From Anaeramoeba ignava BMAN (Eukaryota; Protista; Anaeramoebae): DNA of 64,000 nucleotides. The stretch's first letter is position 1, and each line of letters begins with the position of its first letter. The stretch is taken from the NCBI GenBank assembly GCA_028826165.1, contig JAPDFW010000057.1:62001-126000 (forward strand), read 5' to 3'. Position numbers and translations under genes: made by a program. The notes beneath the pieces are model-generated. The model saw only the letters and a list, made by a program, of their open reading frames with translations. It was not told where the DNA came from and made no database searches. Shown in pieces: positions 34,901 to 47,700 of this stretch.

Positions 34901-37900
34901 ATAAATTAATTTTATAAATAATTTTATATTAAATTTTATAAATAATTTTATAAATAATTTTATATTTAATTTAATAAATAATTTTATAATTTTATATTTT
35001 TATATTTAATTTTATAAATAATTTTATAAATAATTTTATAAATAATTTTATAAATAATTTTATAAATAATTTAATAAATAATTTTATAATTAATTTTATA
35101 TTTAATTTTATAAATAATTTTTAAATAATTAATTTTATAAATAATTTTTAAAATAATTTTATAAATAATTTTATATTTAATTTTATATTTAATTTTATAT
35201 TTAATTTTTATATTTAATTTAATAAATAATTTTATAAATAATTTTATAAATAATTTTATATTTAATTTTATATTTAATTTTATAAATAATTTTATAAATA
35301 GTTTTATAAATAATTTTATAAATAATTTTATATTTAATTTTATAAAATAATTTTATAAATAATTTTATAAATAATTTTATATATATAATTTTATATATAA
35401 TTTAATAAATAATTTTATAAATAATTTTATAAATAATTTAATAAATAATTTTATAATTAATTTTATAAATAATTTAATATATAATTTTATAAAATAATTT
35501 TATAAATAATTTTTATTAATAATTTTATAAATAATTTTATAAATAATTTTATATATTTTAATTTTATAAATAAATTTATATTTAATTTTATAAAATAATT
35601 TTATAAATAATTTTATATATAATTTTATAATTAATTTTATAAATAATTTTATAATTAATTTTTAAAATAATTTTATAAATAATTTTATAAATAATTTTAT
35701 AATTAATTTTATATTTAATTTTATATTTAATTTTATAAATAATTTAATATATAATTTTTATAAATAATTTTATAAATAATTTTATAAATAATTTTATATT
35801 TAATTTTATAATTAATTTTATAAATAATTTTATAAATAATTTTATTAATAATTTTATTAATAATTTTATAAATAATTTTATAAATAATTTTATTAATAAT
35901 TTTATAAATAATTTTTATATTTAATTTTATAAATAATTTAATATATAATTTTATATAATTTTATAAATAATTTTATATTTAATTTTATAAATAATTTTAT
36001 AATTAATTTTATAAATAATTTTATAAATAATTTTATAATTAATTTTATAAATAATTTTATATATAATTTTATAAATAATTTTATAAATAATTTTATATTT
36101 AATTTTATAAAATAATTTTATAAATAATTTTATATTTAATTTTATAATAATTTTTATAATTAATTTTATAATTAATTTTATAAATAATTTTATAATTAAA
36201 TTTTATAATTAATTTTATAAATAATTTTATAAATAATTTTATAATTAATTTTATATATATAATTTTATAAATAATTTTATAAATAATTTTATAAATAATT
36301 TTATAAATAATTTTATAAATAATTTTATAAATAATTTTATAAATAATTTTATAATTAATTTTATAAATAATTTTATAAATAATTTAATAATTAATTTTAT
36401 ATTTAATTTTATAAATAATTTTATAAATAATTTTATATATAATTTTATATTTAATTTTATAAATAATTTTATAAATAATTTTATAAATAATTTTATAAAT
36501 AATTTAATATATAATTTTATAAATAATTTTATAATTAAGTTTTATAAATAATTTTATAACTAATTTTTATAATTAATTTTATATTTAATTTAATATATAA
36601 TTTTATAAATAATTTTATAATTAATTTTATATTTAATTTTATATATAATTTTATAAATAATTTTATAATTAATTTTATAAATAATTTTATTAATAATTTT
36701 ATAAATAATTTTATAAATAATTTTATAAATAATTTTATATTTAATTTTATAATTAATTTTATAATTAATTTTATATATAATTTTATAAATAATTTTATAA
36801 ATAATTTTATATTTAATTTTATAATTAATTTTATAAATAATTTTATAAATAATTTTATAAATAATTTTATATTTAATTTTATATTTAATTTTATAAATAA
36901 TTTAATAAATAATTTTATATTTAATTTTATATTTAATTTTATAAATAATTTTATAAATAATTTTATAAATAATTTTATAAATAATTTTATAATTAATTTT
37001 ATATTTAATTTTATAATTAATTTTATATTTAATTTTATAAATAATTTTATAAATAATTTTATAAAATATTTTTTATATATAATTTTATAAATAATTTTAT
37101 AAATAATTTTATAAATAATTTTATAAATTAATTTTATATTTAATTTTATATTTAATTTTATATTTAATTTTATAATTAATTTTATAAATAATTTTATAAA
37201 TAATTTTATAAATAATTTTATAAATAATTTTATATTTAATTTTATATTTAATTTTATAAATAATTTTATAAATAATTTTATAAATAATTTTATAAATAAT
37301 TTTATAAATAATTTTTATATTTAATTTTATAAATAATTTTATATTTAATTTTATAAATAATTTTATATATAATTTTATAATCAATTTTATAAATAATTTT
37401 ATAAATAATTTTATAAATAATTTTATAAATAATTTTATAAATAATTTTATAAATAATTTTATATTTAATTTAATAAATAATTTTATAATTAATTTTTATA
37501 AATAATTTAATAAATAATTTTATAATTAATTTTATAAATAATTTTATAATTAATTTTATAAATAATTTTATAAATAATTTTATAAATAATTTTATAAATA
37601 ATTTTATAAATAATTTTATAAATAATTTTATATTTAATTTTATAAATAATTTTATAATTAATTTTATAATTAATTTTATAATTAATTTTATATTTAATTT
37701 TATATTTAATTTAATAAATAATTTTATATTTAATTTAATAAATAATTTTATAAATAATTTTATAAATAATTTAATATTTAATTTTTATATTTAATTTTAT
37801 ATTTATTTTATAATTAATTTTATAAATAATTTTATAATTAATTTTATATATAATTTTATATATAATTTTTATAAATAATTTTATAAATAATTTTATATTT

Positions 37901-38519
37901 AATTTTATAAATAATTTTATATTTAATTTTATATATAATTTTATATATAATTTTATAAATAATTTTATAAATAATTTTATATTTAATTTTATAATTAATT
38001 TTATATTTAATTTTATATATAATTTTATATATAATTTTATATTTAATTTTATATTTTTTAAATTATATTTAATTTTATAAATAATTTTATAAATAATTTT
38101 ATAAATAATTTAATATATAATTTTATAAATAATTTTATAAATAATTTTATAAATAATTTTATATTTTTTAAATTATATTTAATTTTCATCTTCTTTTTTT
38201 TTACTCAAGCTGTAGAACTTGAGCTCTATTCTTTGATGCCTCAATAAACAGTGAAATTAATCCAGCACAAATTTCCTTAAAAACTACTCCATCCACACCA
38301 GTAATTTCAGGAGGTTCTTCATTCAAATTGTTTTTCAAAAAAATTTTTTTAGTATTGGGTTAATATAAAAAAATAAAAATTAAAAATAAATTTTTTTTTA
38401 CTTTTGCGAATTCCTGGAAGTATTTCAGATACAATATAATCAATAAGTTTTTGATATTCTGTATTTGGAATTTGTTTCAAAAATGTAAGAGAATTCAAAT
38501 TTTTTGGTGAAATTTCCAT
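31918..38519 (-). CDS. COMMD3: COMM domain-containing protein 3, 191 aa; exons 38402-38519, 38205-38316, 31918-32263
   Basis: C-terminal V.WRMDYSIKSN...P.Y...ICFSCSVDQLQDLV..LKDA matches the COMMD3 COMM domain. Phase-1 and phase-2 introns join in frame. Confidence 0.9.
32270..38190. repeat. Intronic satellite, 12-bp unit ATAAATAATTTT, ~5.9 kb (COMMD3 intron 32264-38204)
   Basis: Tandem array seen directly, almost pure A/T. Confidence 0.96.
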
Positions 38520-38594
38520 AAAATGAAAGATGAAAAATGAAAAATGAAAAAAAATTTTGTTCTTTTTCAATTTTATTTTCCTTTTTTTTGCTTT

Positions 38595-41056
38595 TTAAAA
38601 AATTTCACATTTTACTTCTTCTTCTTTTTGTTCTCGTTTTTCTTTTCTTTCTTTTTTTGATTTTTGGGATTTGTGCTTATAAGCACTTAACAAGCAACTC
38701 AAAGATTTTTGTCTTAATTGGTAATAATCTTCTGCATCAGACATCTCTTCCAAAACAATTGGATCGAGCTCTTGAGACAAATATCCCGAATACATAAACG
38801 ATACGACTTCCTTTATTGTTTCAAAACTTTTCCCACTGTAATCATGAACTTGATTTGAATCATCCTTCACACTCAGAAACATCCCCCGAAATAGTTCACT
38901 TCGTGCAACTAAGATCATCTGATGAACTTTGATCCCAACTTCTCCTTCAGTTAAAATTGTGAAATCTTTTGTTTCTTCCGAATCCTTCAAACACTCCAAA
39001 TCTTGAGAGAGGCTTTTCGTTTCACTTTTCAACTTGATCCAATTATTCCCCAAAACTTCCTCAATTTGGTTCACCAGTTCAAGTTCCCATTTGTCTTTCA
39101 TATACGCTCCTCCATACACAATCCGCATCATTTGCTCTGCTTCTTCCTTTGTCATTGTGCGCAGAATCTCCAAGAACTGTTCCATCTTGTCTCTCCCTAC
39201 TCTCGCTTCAACAATAAGCTTGTGTGCACTAATCTTTTCACCTCCAATAACATCAATTTCTAGATCGCAAAACTCCTTTCTTTTCAGGAATTCCAGAAAA
39301 TCGCCCTGTATTGCGCTCGGATACTTTTCCACAAGAACCCGCACTTCTTCTTTTTTTGCATAACTCCACGCATTCTTCCCCTATTCGTGCAAATTTTATT
39401 ATTTTGTTTTGCTTCATTTTCTAGATGCTTTTTTGTTACTTCCTTTATTTTCCAAATTTATGTAAATAATATTTTGTGACTTTCTTCATTTTTTTACATT
39501 CTTCAATACACAAACAGAAATAACTTGAATTCACCTAAATCACTACTCGCATTAGTATAAATAATACATTCAAAATTTCCCATATAGCTCCATTTTCCAA
39601 AAGACATTTAATTGCTTCTAATCCAACCCTATTTTTCCTCAGTGCCAAATGCAATGTAGTATTTCCCTATTTTCCATTTTTTATTTTTATTTTTATTTTC
39701 AATAAATAATAATAATAATAATAATCAATTACTTCCTATTATTTTTTCATTAAGACCAAAATAAGCATTCTAAATAAAACTTAAATCAAAAAACTTCATA
39801 TCTAACTAACTAATTTACAATCTACAAATTTCCTTTCAAATTTCATTTTTATTTTGTTTTTTGTTTTTTGTTTTTTGTTTATTTACATTTTGTATATTTG
39901 GATCTGCTCCATTATCAAGTAGATATTTTGTTATATCAACATTGCTTACAGATCGAACTAATAAATGTAATGCAGTTTCCTCCTAATAGAAATTTTTTCC
40001 CCAATTAGAAAAAAAAAGATGATTATAGTCATTAATCAACTAAATTATTTTCCCTCATTACTCTCTACATTAATTGTAGGATTAGGTGATATTTCTTTTT
40101 TTTTTTTTTCAAATTTTTTTGCCAAACAATCTAAATGACAAAATCCAAAAAAAAAATATCAAATAAAAAATAATCAATCAATTTTTGTAGTAATTCAAAA
40201 AATTACATTTAATAAATTCACTTCAGCTCCACGAATCCACTAATAATTTAACAATTTCAATCATATTTCTTGGTGCGCCTAATATAGATCCTTGGAGAGG
40301 TGTTTCTCTCTGAAATCAAACAAGAACAAAAAAAAATAATCAATTAATCATTTTCTTTCAATTTTTCTTTTTATTACATACTATTTTTAGAATTTATTCA
40401 CTTCAATAATTTTACAACAAACAAACAAAAAAAAAAGAAAGAGAGAAGATCCAAAATTTTTTAATACATCCTATTAAGCATTTCCTTTCTTAATCAACAA
40501 TAAATAAATAAATAAATAAAAAAATAAAAAAACAAACATCTAAAGCATTTATTTCTGCTCCTGCTTCAATTAGAAATTTTGCATTATCTAAATTTCCATA
40601 CCTGCAAGCTAGATGAAGAGGTGCTGCATTCTATTCATAAAATAATTTTCGTTTCATTTTTTTTTTCTATCTTATGTTCAAACTTAAATTACATACTTAA
40701 TTAATAAAAATAAAACAAAAGAAATTTTGTTGTTCAATTAATTTCGAGAAAAATTATTTCAGATCAAAAGTGGATTACAAACTTTTTGAACAACAAAAAA
40801 AAAATTGTTAAAATGATATTAATTTTGGATTTTATTTTGCATTTCTACTCCTTTTTCATTCAAATTAACTCCTTTTTCGAACATTATTTTCATAATTTCT
40901 AAAGGAGAACCTATTCTTGCTGCATAGTGTATTATTGATTCATTCTATTTTTTTTTTTGCAATCAAATCATTTTCAAATTATTTTTTTACTCAAATAAAA
41001 AAAACAAAAAACACAATCCTACAAACTAAAAAAACCATTTTATTTTTATTATTTTT

Positions 41057-41087
<31 letters not shown>

Positions 41088-41775
41088 TTTTTATTGTTAT
41101 TTTTATTTATTTTTATTTTTGTTGTTTCGATCCCCTTTTCATTCTAAAATCAAAAAAAAATCTTTTCTTACTTTCTGTTCTCCATTTTCAAATAAATTAT
41201 CATTATTATATTCACTCTATTTAAAAACAAAATCAAATTGTTTTTTTTTTTACATCTTTTAAAGTTAAATCACAACCATTCTGAATTAGAATTTTTGCTT
41301 GTTCAAATTTCTTATTATTTATAGATAGCATAAGCGGTGTTTTTGCCTAAAAATTCCAAATATTTGTTCATTCATCCTAATTTCGTTCATCCAAATAAAA
41401 TTTGTGATATTTACTTGTCTCTATAGAAATTATTAATTTAAATTTCCTTTATTTTCTTTTCTCTCCAAAAACAAAAGATAATAAATCAAAATTCATTTTT
41501 TACATTCTATTAATCAATTAATCAAAATTAATTTTCTTTTTGGATTTTGTAAAAATAAATTCCCACTTTCTATTAATAAATCAATACATTACAAGGAATG
41601 AATTGCTTGTTTGCTTTTTTTTTATTTTTATTTCAATAATGAAAATTTTAATTATTTGATTCATTACATCAAATAAATCGATCACATCTTTAGAAAATTC
41701 CAAAATTTTTGTAAATGTTTCAGAACTAATTCGAGAATTTAAAGCTTTGTGAAGAATAGTTGTTTCATTCTCCAT
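38595..41775 (-). CDS. Ankyrin-repeat (7x) + tandem BTB/POZ protein; repeat exons 41668-41775, 41254-41346, 40849-40944, 40538-40630, 40207-40309, 39887-39982, 39568-39666 and BTB exon 38595-39380, with 3-nt microexons between them
   Basis: Each ~93-108-nt phase-0 exon translates to one ankyrin repeat (e.g. NAAPLHLACRYGNLDNAKFLIEAGAEINALD). The last exon has two BTB-like modules (FCDLEI...AHKLIV and DFTI...VHQMILVARSELFRGMF). There is one +1 indel at ~40234. Confidence 0.85.
39440..41569 (-). other. Array of predicted single-codon microexons: 39440-42 GAA, 39498-500 AAT, 39733-35 GAA, 39819-21 ATT, 40062-64 AGA, 40128-30 ATT, 40378-80 TAT, 40468-70 GAT, 40693-95 TAT, 40779-81 TTT, 41023-25 TTT, 41172-74 AAA, 41504-06 AAT, 41567-69 AAA (weaker), and a 6-nt exon 41415-20 AGACAA
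   Basis: Each is AG|NNN|GT with genome-typical donors (GTAA, GTAT, GTTT, GTAG). They divide each inter-repeat gap into mostly 55-98-nt introns and restore the canonical ankyrin spacing. Confidence 0.8.
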
Positions 41776-41849
41776 TTTTGAAAAGAAAAAGAAAAAGAAC
41801 AATTATATCAAAAAAACAACAAAAAAAAATGTTTTTTCTTTCTTTCTGA

Positions 41850-43347
41850 TCAAATTTTTACATTTTGGATTGGGAAGTTGGTTTGATATTTGAGTAAAGT
41901 AGTCACATTATCATCACATCCGTGACTAATTGCTTTCTCTATTGCAGTTAACTTTGCAAACAGGAATTAAAGTGTAAATTTTTTTACTTTTTTTTTTGTT
42001 TATCCAAAATCTAAAAAAAAAAAGAATTCATTTACATTTTCATTGGAATTAACATCTATTCCAGAATTAACACAAAACTCAATGATTTCATTTCCATTAG
42101 TGGTTTCGCATGCTCTCAAAAAGATTTCTTGGATCTAAAATGAAATAAAATGAGTTGAGTTAGTGAGAAATTCTCAAAATTCCATTTGTTTTTGTTTTTT
42201 GATTTTTGATTTTTTTGATTTGGAAAATGAAATCAAACAAAGATTTTCTGTTTTTTTTTATCCATTTTGGAAATACAAAATTGGATATAATCAGCCCAAT
42301 TCCCCAATAAAATTAATTTTTTTAACGAATGGCCAATCTATTATATTTTTTTATTAAAATAATATTTTAATTTAATTTGAATTTAATTTGGATTTAATTT
42401 GAATAAAACCCAAGAAAAAGAATTATTTTCCGAAAATAATAATTGGAAAATTTCGAAAGGATGATCTGAAGTGTCAATAGCTCCACTAACAAAATAATCT
42501 AAAGGAAACCTCCCAATATTCTTTTAATTGAAAAGATTTAATTTTTTTTTTTGGAAATCAGATGAATAAAAGAAAAGAATTATTGGGATAATAAATTCTT
42601 TTTTTTTACATCTTTCATTTTAATGTTTATTGAACTACAAAGTAACTTGACAATCTCTATATTTGGTGAATTTTTCGATATATATTCATGCAACGGTGTT
42701 TTTTTCTGTTTATTTTTATTATTTTTATTAAAATAACAAATTCCAAAATGAGTTTAAGAAGGTTTTTACGGATATATCTTGTAAATCAATATTGGCTTTA
42801 TTAGATATAAATAATTGCACAATTTCTAAGCTTGGAGAAGTTTTACAAATTTGATGGAATGGGGATGTCTATTAAAAAATGCAAAAAGAATGTGGAAAAA
42901 AACCGAAAATAATGAAAAACAAAAGCAAAAATAATCAAATTACTGACTAAAATTGTTTCAAATATCAAAAAATATTTTGTTGTGTTTTGTTTTTAATATT
43001 ATTAATTTTAAAATTCAATCTTTTCATTCATTTCCTTTTGGAATAATAAATAATAAATAATAAATATATACTTTCATTAAATTTGGATCTAAACCATGTG
43101 AAAAAAGAATTTCCCAAATATAGATCGGAACACGTTTTTCGCAAGCAATAAACAAAGCTTGATCAATCTGAGTTATAAATTTGTATTGGAAAATAAGAGT
43201 AAATTTCATTTATTTTTATAAGAAATAGGAAAAGAAAAAGAAAAAGAAAAGAAAAAGAAAAATCACATTTTCTGTGTTTTTATTAAGTGTTTCAATAAGT
43301 TGGTCTTTATCTTGTTTCCTTATTGCAGAATAAACTAGTTCAGACAT
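41850..43347 (-). CDS. Multi-exon ankyrin-repeat protein; exons 43267-43347, 43072-43167, 42944-42946 (3 nt), 42770-42868, 42610-42705, 42410-42520, 42239-42337, 42036-42134, 41850-41951. It may instead splice into the ankyrin-BTB gene.
   Basis: All introns are phase-0 GT-AG; exons translate to ankyrin-like repeats (TSPFHQIC, KKTPLHEYI, LTAIEKAI). Confidence 0.7.
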
Positions 43348-43399
43348 TTTAGAAGAAAAATATCAAAAAAAAAATGAAAAAAAAAGTGTAATTTTTTTT

Positions 43400-44730
43400 T
43401 AAATCTTTTTTAAACCTTTTTCAAATACTTTTTTTGGAATATTTTCGAAATAATTTTTTAATATTTTTTGAAATATTCTTTTAAATAATTTTTTGGAATA
43501 TTTTTTGAAATATTCTTTTAAATAATTTTTTGAATTATTCTTTTGAAATGTTCTTTTAAATAATTTTTGAAATATTTTTTTGAAATATTTTTGGAATCTT
43601 TTTGAAATAATTTTTGAAATACTTTTGAAATATTTGTGGAATATTTTTTGAAATAATTTTTGGAATAATTTTTGAAATAATTTTTGAAATAATTTTTGAA
43701 ATAATTTTTGAAATAATTTGTTGAATATTTTGTTGAAATATTTTTGAAATAATTTGTTAAATACTTTTTGAAATATTTTGTTGAATATTTTGTTGAATAT
43801 TGTTTAAATATTTTGTTTAAATATTTTGTTGAAATATTTTTGAAATACTTTGTTGTAATATTTTTGAAATAATTTTTGGAAATAATTTTTGGAAATACTT
43901 TTTGTAATAATTTTTGAAATACTTTTTGAAATACTTTTTGAAATATTTTGTTAAATAGTTTTGAAATATTTTTTGAAATAATTTTTTGTAATATTTTGTT
44001 TAAATATTTTGTTGAATATTCTTTTAAATATTTTGTTGAATATTTTGTTGGAATACTTTGTTGAATATTTTGTTTAAATATTTTTGAAATAATTTTTTGA
44101 AATAATTTTTGAAATATTTTGTTTAAATATTTTTGAAATACTTTTTGAATCTTTTTGAAATAATTTTTGAAATATTCTTGAAATATTTTGTTGGGATATT
44201 TTTGAAATATTTTGTTGAAATATTTTTGAAATATTTTGTTGAAATAATTTTGAAATATTTTTTTGGAATACTTTGTTGAATATTTTGTTGAATATTGTTG
44301 AAATATTTTGTTTAAATATTTTTGTAATATTTTTGGAATATTTTGTTGAAATATTTTGTTGAAATTTTTTGAAATATTCTTGAAATATTTTTGAAATATT
44401 TTGTTGAATATTTTGTTGAATATTGTTTAAATATTTTGTTGTAATATTTTGTTGGGATATTTTTGAAATACTTTGTTGAAATAATTTTTGAAATAATTTT
44501 TGGAAATAATTTTTGGAAATACTTTTTGAAATATTTTGTTGAAATATTTTGTTGAAATACTTTTTGGAATATTTTTGAAATATTTTGTTTAAATATTTTT
44601 GAAATAATTTGTGGAAATATTGTTTAAATATTTTTTTGAAATATTTTGTTGAAATATTTTGTTAAATAGTTTTGTTGAAATATTCTTGAAATATTTTGTT
44701 AAATTTCTTCAAATCTTTTTAAAAACATTT
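43400..44730. repeat. Intergenic degenerate satellite, 11-13-bp units (GAAATATTTTT / GAATATTTTGTT), ~1.3 kb
   Basis: Seen directly between the Sec5 stop and the ankyrin gene start. Confidence 0.9.
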
Positions 44731-44739
44731 TTTTAAATT

Positions 44740-47700
44740 TCACTTTTGGAAACACTCAAATTGCAGACTTGTTCTTTGATGAATTTTTTGCAATAAATCT
44801 TCAATATTAGTATGATTTTTATTTTTTGTAGAATGTGGATTTTGTTGATATATATAATTAAAGCGACGAACCACAGAACGAATTTCGGATATTTTTTGAG
44901 TAACTTTTTCAGAAGAGTAAATTTGGAGAGTTTGGGAGATAAACTCAGTTTCAAGGAGGATCTGATGGGAGGCGTTGTGGGAAAGCTCATCGAATTCCTG
45001 GATACATTCAGAGATAATCAAGAAAATATTGAAAAGAAGTTTCTTCATGATTCGTGAAACAAACTCCTCCTTCTGAGTCACAGACATAATTTCAGAATGA
45101 ACAACAACGAGCTCATGGAGTAACTCCATCACGTAGGATCGGATATTTGAAGGGGAAGGAAAATGAGCGGGATCGAACCCTGAAAACAAGATGCCTTTCT
45201 TGCAGATGCGGTTGATGATCTTGGTTTTTTGCGCAGTGTACCGTGATTTGATCTCGCTTTCAAGATAGGTTGCGAGCTTAGAGACTGCGGAAAATCCTCT
45301 TTCGAAAGAGTTTTGAATGCGGAACATTGAGTTGATTTCCTGCGAAATTGCCGGAAACACAACGTCTTTTGAGTATTTCAGATTGGAAATGAGAATCAAG
45401 AGTTGCTTGTTTGAATCGCCTGTGTTTGTGCGCATGAGTGATTGAGAATCTGTGTCTTTCTCTTGTATTTCTGCGCCGAGGGAGCTTGTTGATTCTCTGG
45501 ATAGAATATTTTTGGATTCATCACCAATTGCCAATTGAGGAAGCGATTCATTTTCAGAATAGAACGACACCAGAGGCGTGAGGGATTTGGATAGAGTTGA
45601 GAGCTTGCCGTATTCGAAGCCAGCGAGCAGCTCAAAAGGTATTTTGAAGAAGGGAAGCGCGTAAATATTGGTTTCGTTCTCGATGGAAAGCGGCTTCCTG
45701 TTTTCTTGAATCAAACTCTCCATTTCAATTGAATTGACAGAATCGTTGTCTGTTTTCTCTGTGTTGACAAGATCCATGGAGCGCTGTTTGGAGCGCATTG
45801 AGAGCGCGTGCATACTGTCGATGAATCCATAGCACATTTCAATAACAGCTTCTCCAAGCTGATCAACGGAATCATCGTTATTACCGTCAATAACGCCTTT
45901 GATATCATCGAGAAGATGAGAGACCTTCTGGTGGAATATCCGTGGAAGATTTGTCACAAACATATCCTGCGCTTTTATGTGTGTTTGATCGCGTTCCCAT
46001 GTCTCCCGATAATACAATCTTGAGCATTGAAAAATATTGAATTCGCTCAATGATGCCACAAATTTCGACACTAATTCCTCAACGAGATTGCTAAAGATCA
46101 TCCCCGTCCGTCCAGGAATACTTGCCTGCTTCACCTTCCTAAGCGCTCTTTTCAGCGTGATGATGCTTTCCCGAAGCGCAAATCGCAACTGGAATATTTT
46201 CTTAAAAATCATCATTTGGTCCGCGTTTTTCGGGAAGAAAAGCTCGCGGATTTGGATTGCAAATTTCTCAAGAACATCATCAAGAAGCTTGGATGCAACC
46301 ACAAGTACATTGTTCTCTGCTTTGTTTCCTGTTTTGTTTTCCGCGTGAGAAGATGCAAAGAGCCAAAGCTTAGGTATTTGCTCCTCAATTAACGCTGTTA
46401 TTTTGTTGATGTATTTCTGATACAAACCGTTTATTTGAGGATCTTCTTCTGGTTCGTCTTCCTCTAGAAAATCTTGTGTTTCTTGTTCGTAATCTGTGTT
46501 AGTACTCTCGAGATCTATTTTTTGATTCTTTTCGTTTCCTTTTTTTTTTTCATCATCATTATTGTTGCTATTTTTTGTGGTATTGTTATTATTCTCGTTG
46601 TTAATTAGTGTTTTTCTTGGGATCTTATATTGATTTTTTTCTTCGTATCCTTTTTTTTATAAATTTTATATTTAATTTAATAAATAATTTAATATTTAAT
46701 TTTATATTTTATTCTATATTTAATTTTATATTTAATTCTATATTTAATTTAATATTTAATTCTATATTTAATTTAATAATTTTATATTTAATTTAATAAA
46801 TAATTTAATAAATAATTCTATAAATAATTTTATATTTAATTCTATATTTAATTCTATATTTAATTTAATATTTAATTCTATATTTAATATTTAATTCTAT
46901 ATTTAATATTTAATTCTATAAATAATTCTATATTTAATTTAATATTTAATTTAATAAATAATTTAATAATTTTATATTTAATTTAATAATTTTATATTTA
47001 ATTCTATATTTAATTTAATAAATAATTTAATATTTAAATTCTATATTTAATTTAATATTTTAATTCTATATTTAATTCTATATTTAATTTAATATTTAAT
47101 TCTATAATGAATTTAATATTTAATTCTATAAATAATTTAATATTTAAATTCTATATTTAATTTAATAAATAATTTAATTTAATTTAATAAATAATTTAAT
47201 ATTTAATTTTCCTTTTCGCTTATCAAAAAATTACTCTCTAATTTTGATATAAAATCATGCTCATTCTTCATTAATTGTTGTTTCGTCTTGAGATGCAATT
47301 GATTCATATAAAAATTCACAGGATCTTTTTTTGATCCCAACTCAAATAAATAAGAAACAACTTTTTCTTGTTCCTTCAAAGAAGTAGATGGGTTTTCCAA
47401 CTGCTTAAACAATTTCATACGAAACGCATTTATTTCTCTTTCGACTTGAAGAAGGATCTTACGGAATATGCGAGTCTGCTTTAAATAATCGAACTCCCTG
47501 GCTCTTCTAAAAGCTCTGACAACTTGGTCGAAACGCAAATCTCGGATATCCTCCTTTATTTGTTGGGGTAAGCTGAACAGAAAATTGTACGAGTTGACAG
47601 TAGAAAGCGCAGACTTCATCTGGTCCGTTTGTTGCTTGCGCTCGAAGATGGGCTTGAATTCGTTCTGAAGCTGAGAATTGAGCTTCTTGTATCGAGCCTC

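Noticed and set aside
32222-37384. Long ORFs such as INNF-, KIIY-, ILIL- and LIFEFK-repeat proteins (also 3134-3630, 57615-58688, 17971-18710)
   Set aside because: They are translations of intronic satellites or antisense frames of coding repeats.
39481-39536. Extra AG-AAA-GT cassette at 39481-83 and a zero-length AG|GT at ~39533-36
   Set aside because: The cassette has an atypical GTCAC donor and lies only 14 nt from the neighbouring microexon; the AG|GT would leave ~33-nt introns. Both are consistent with chance matches.
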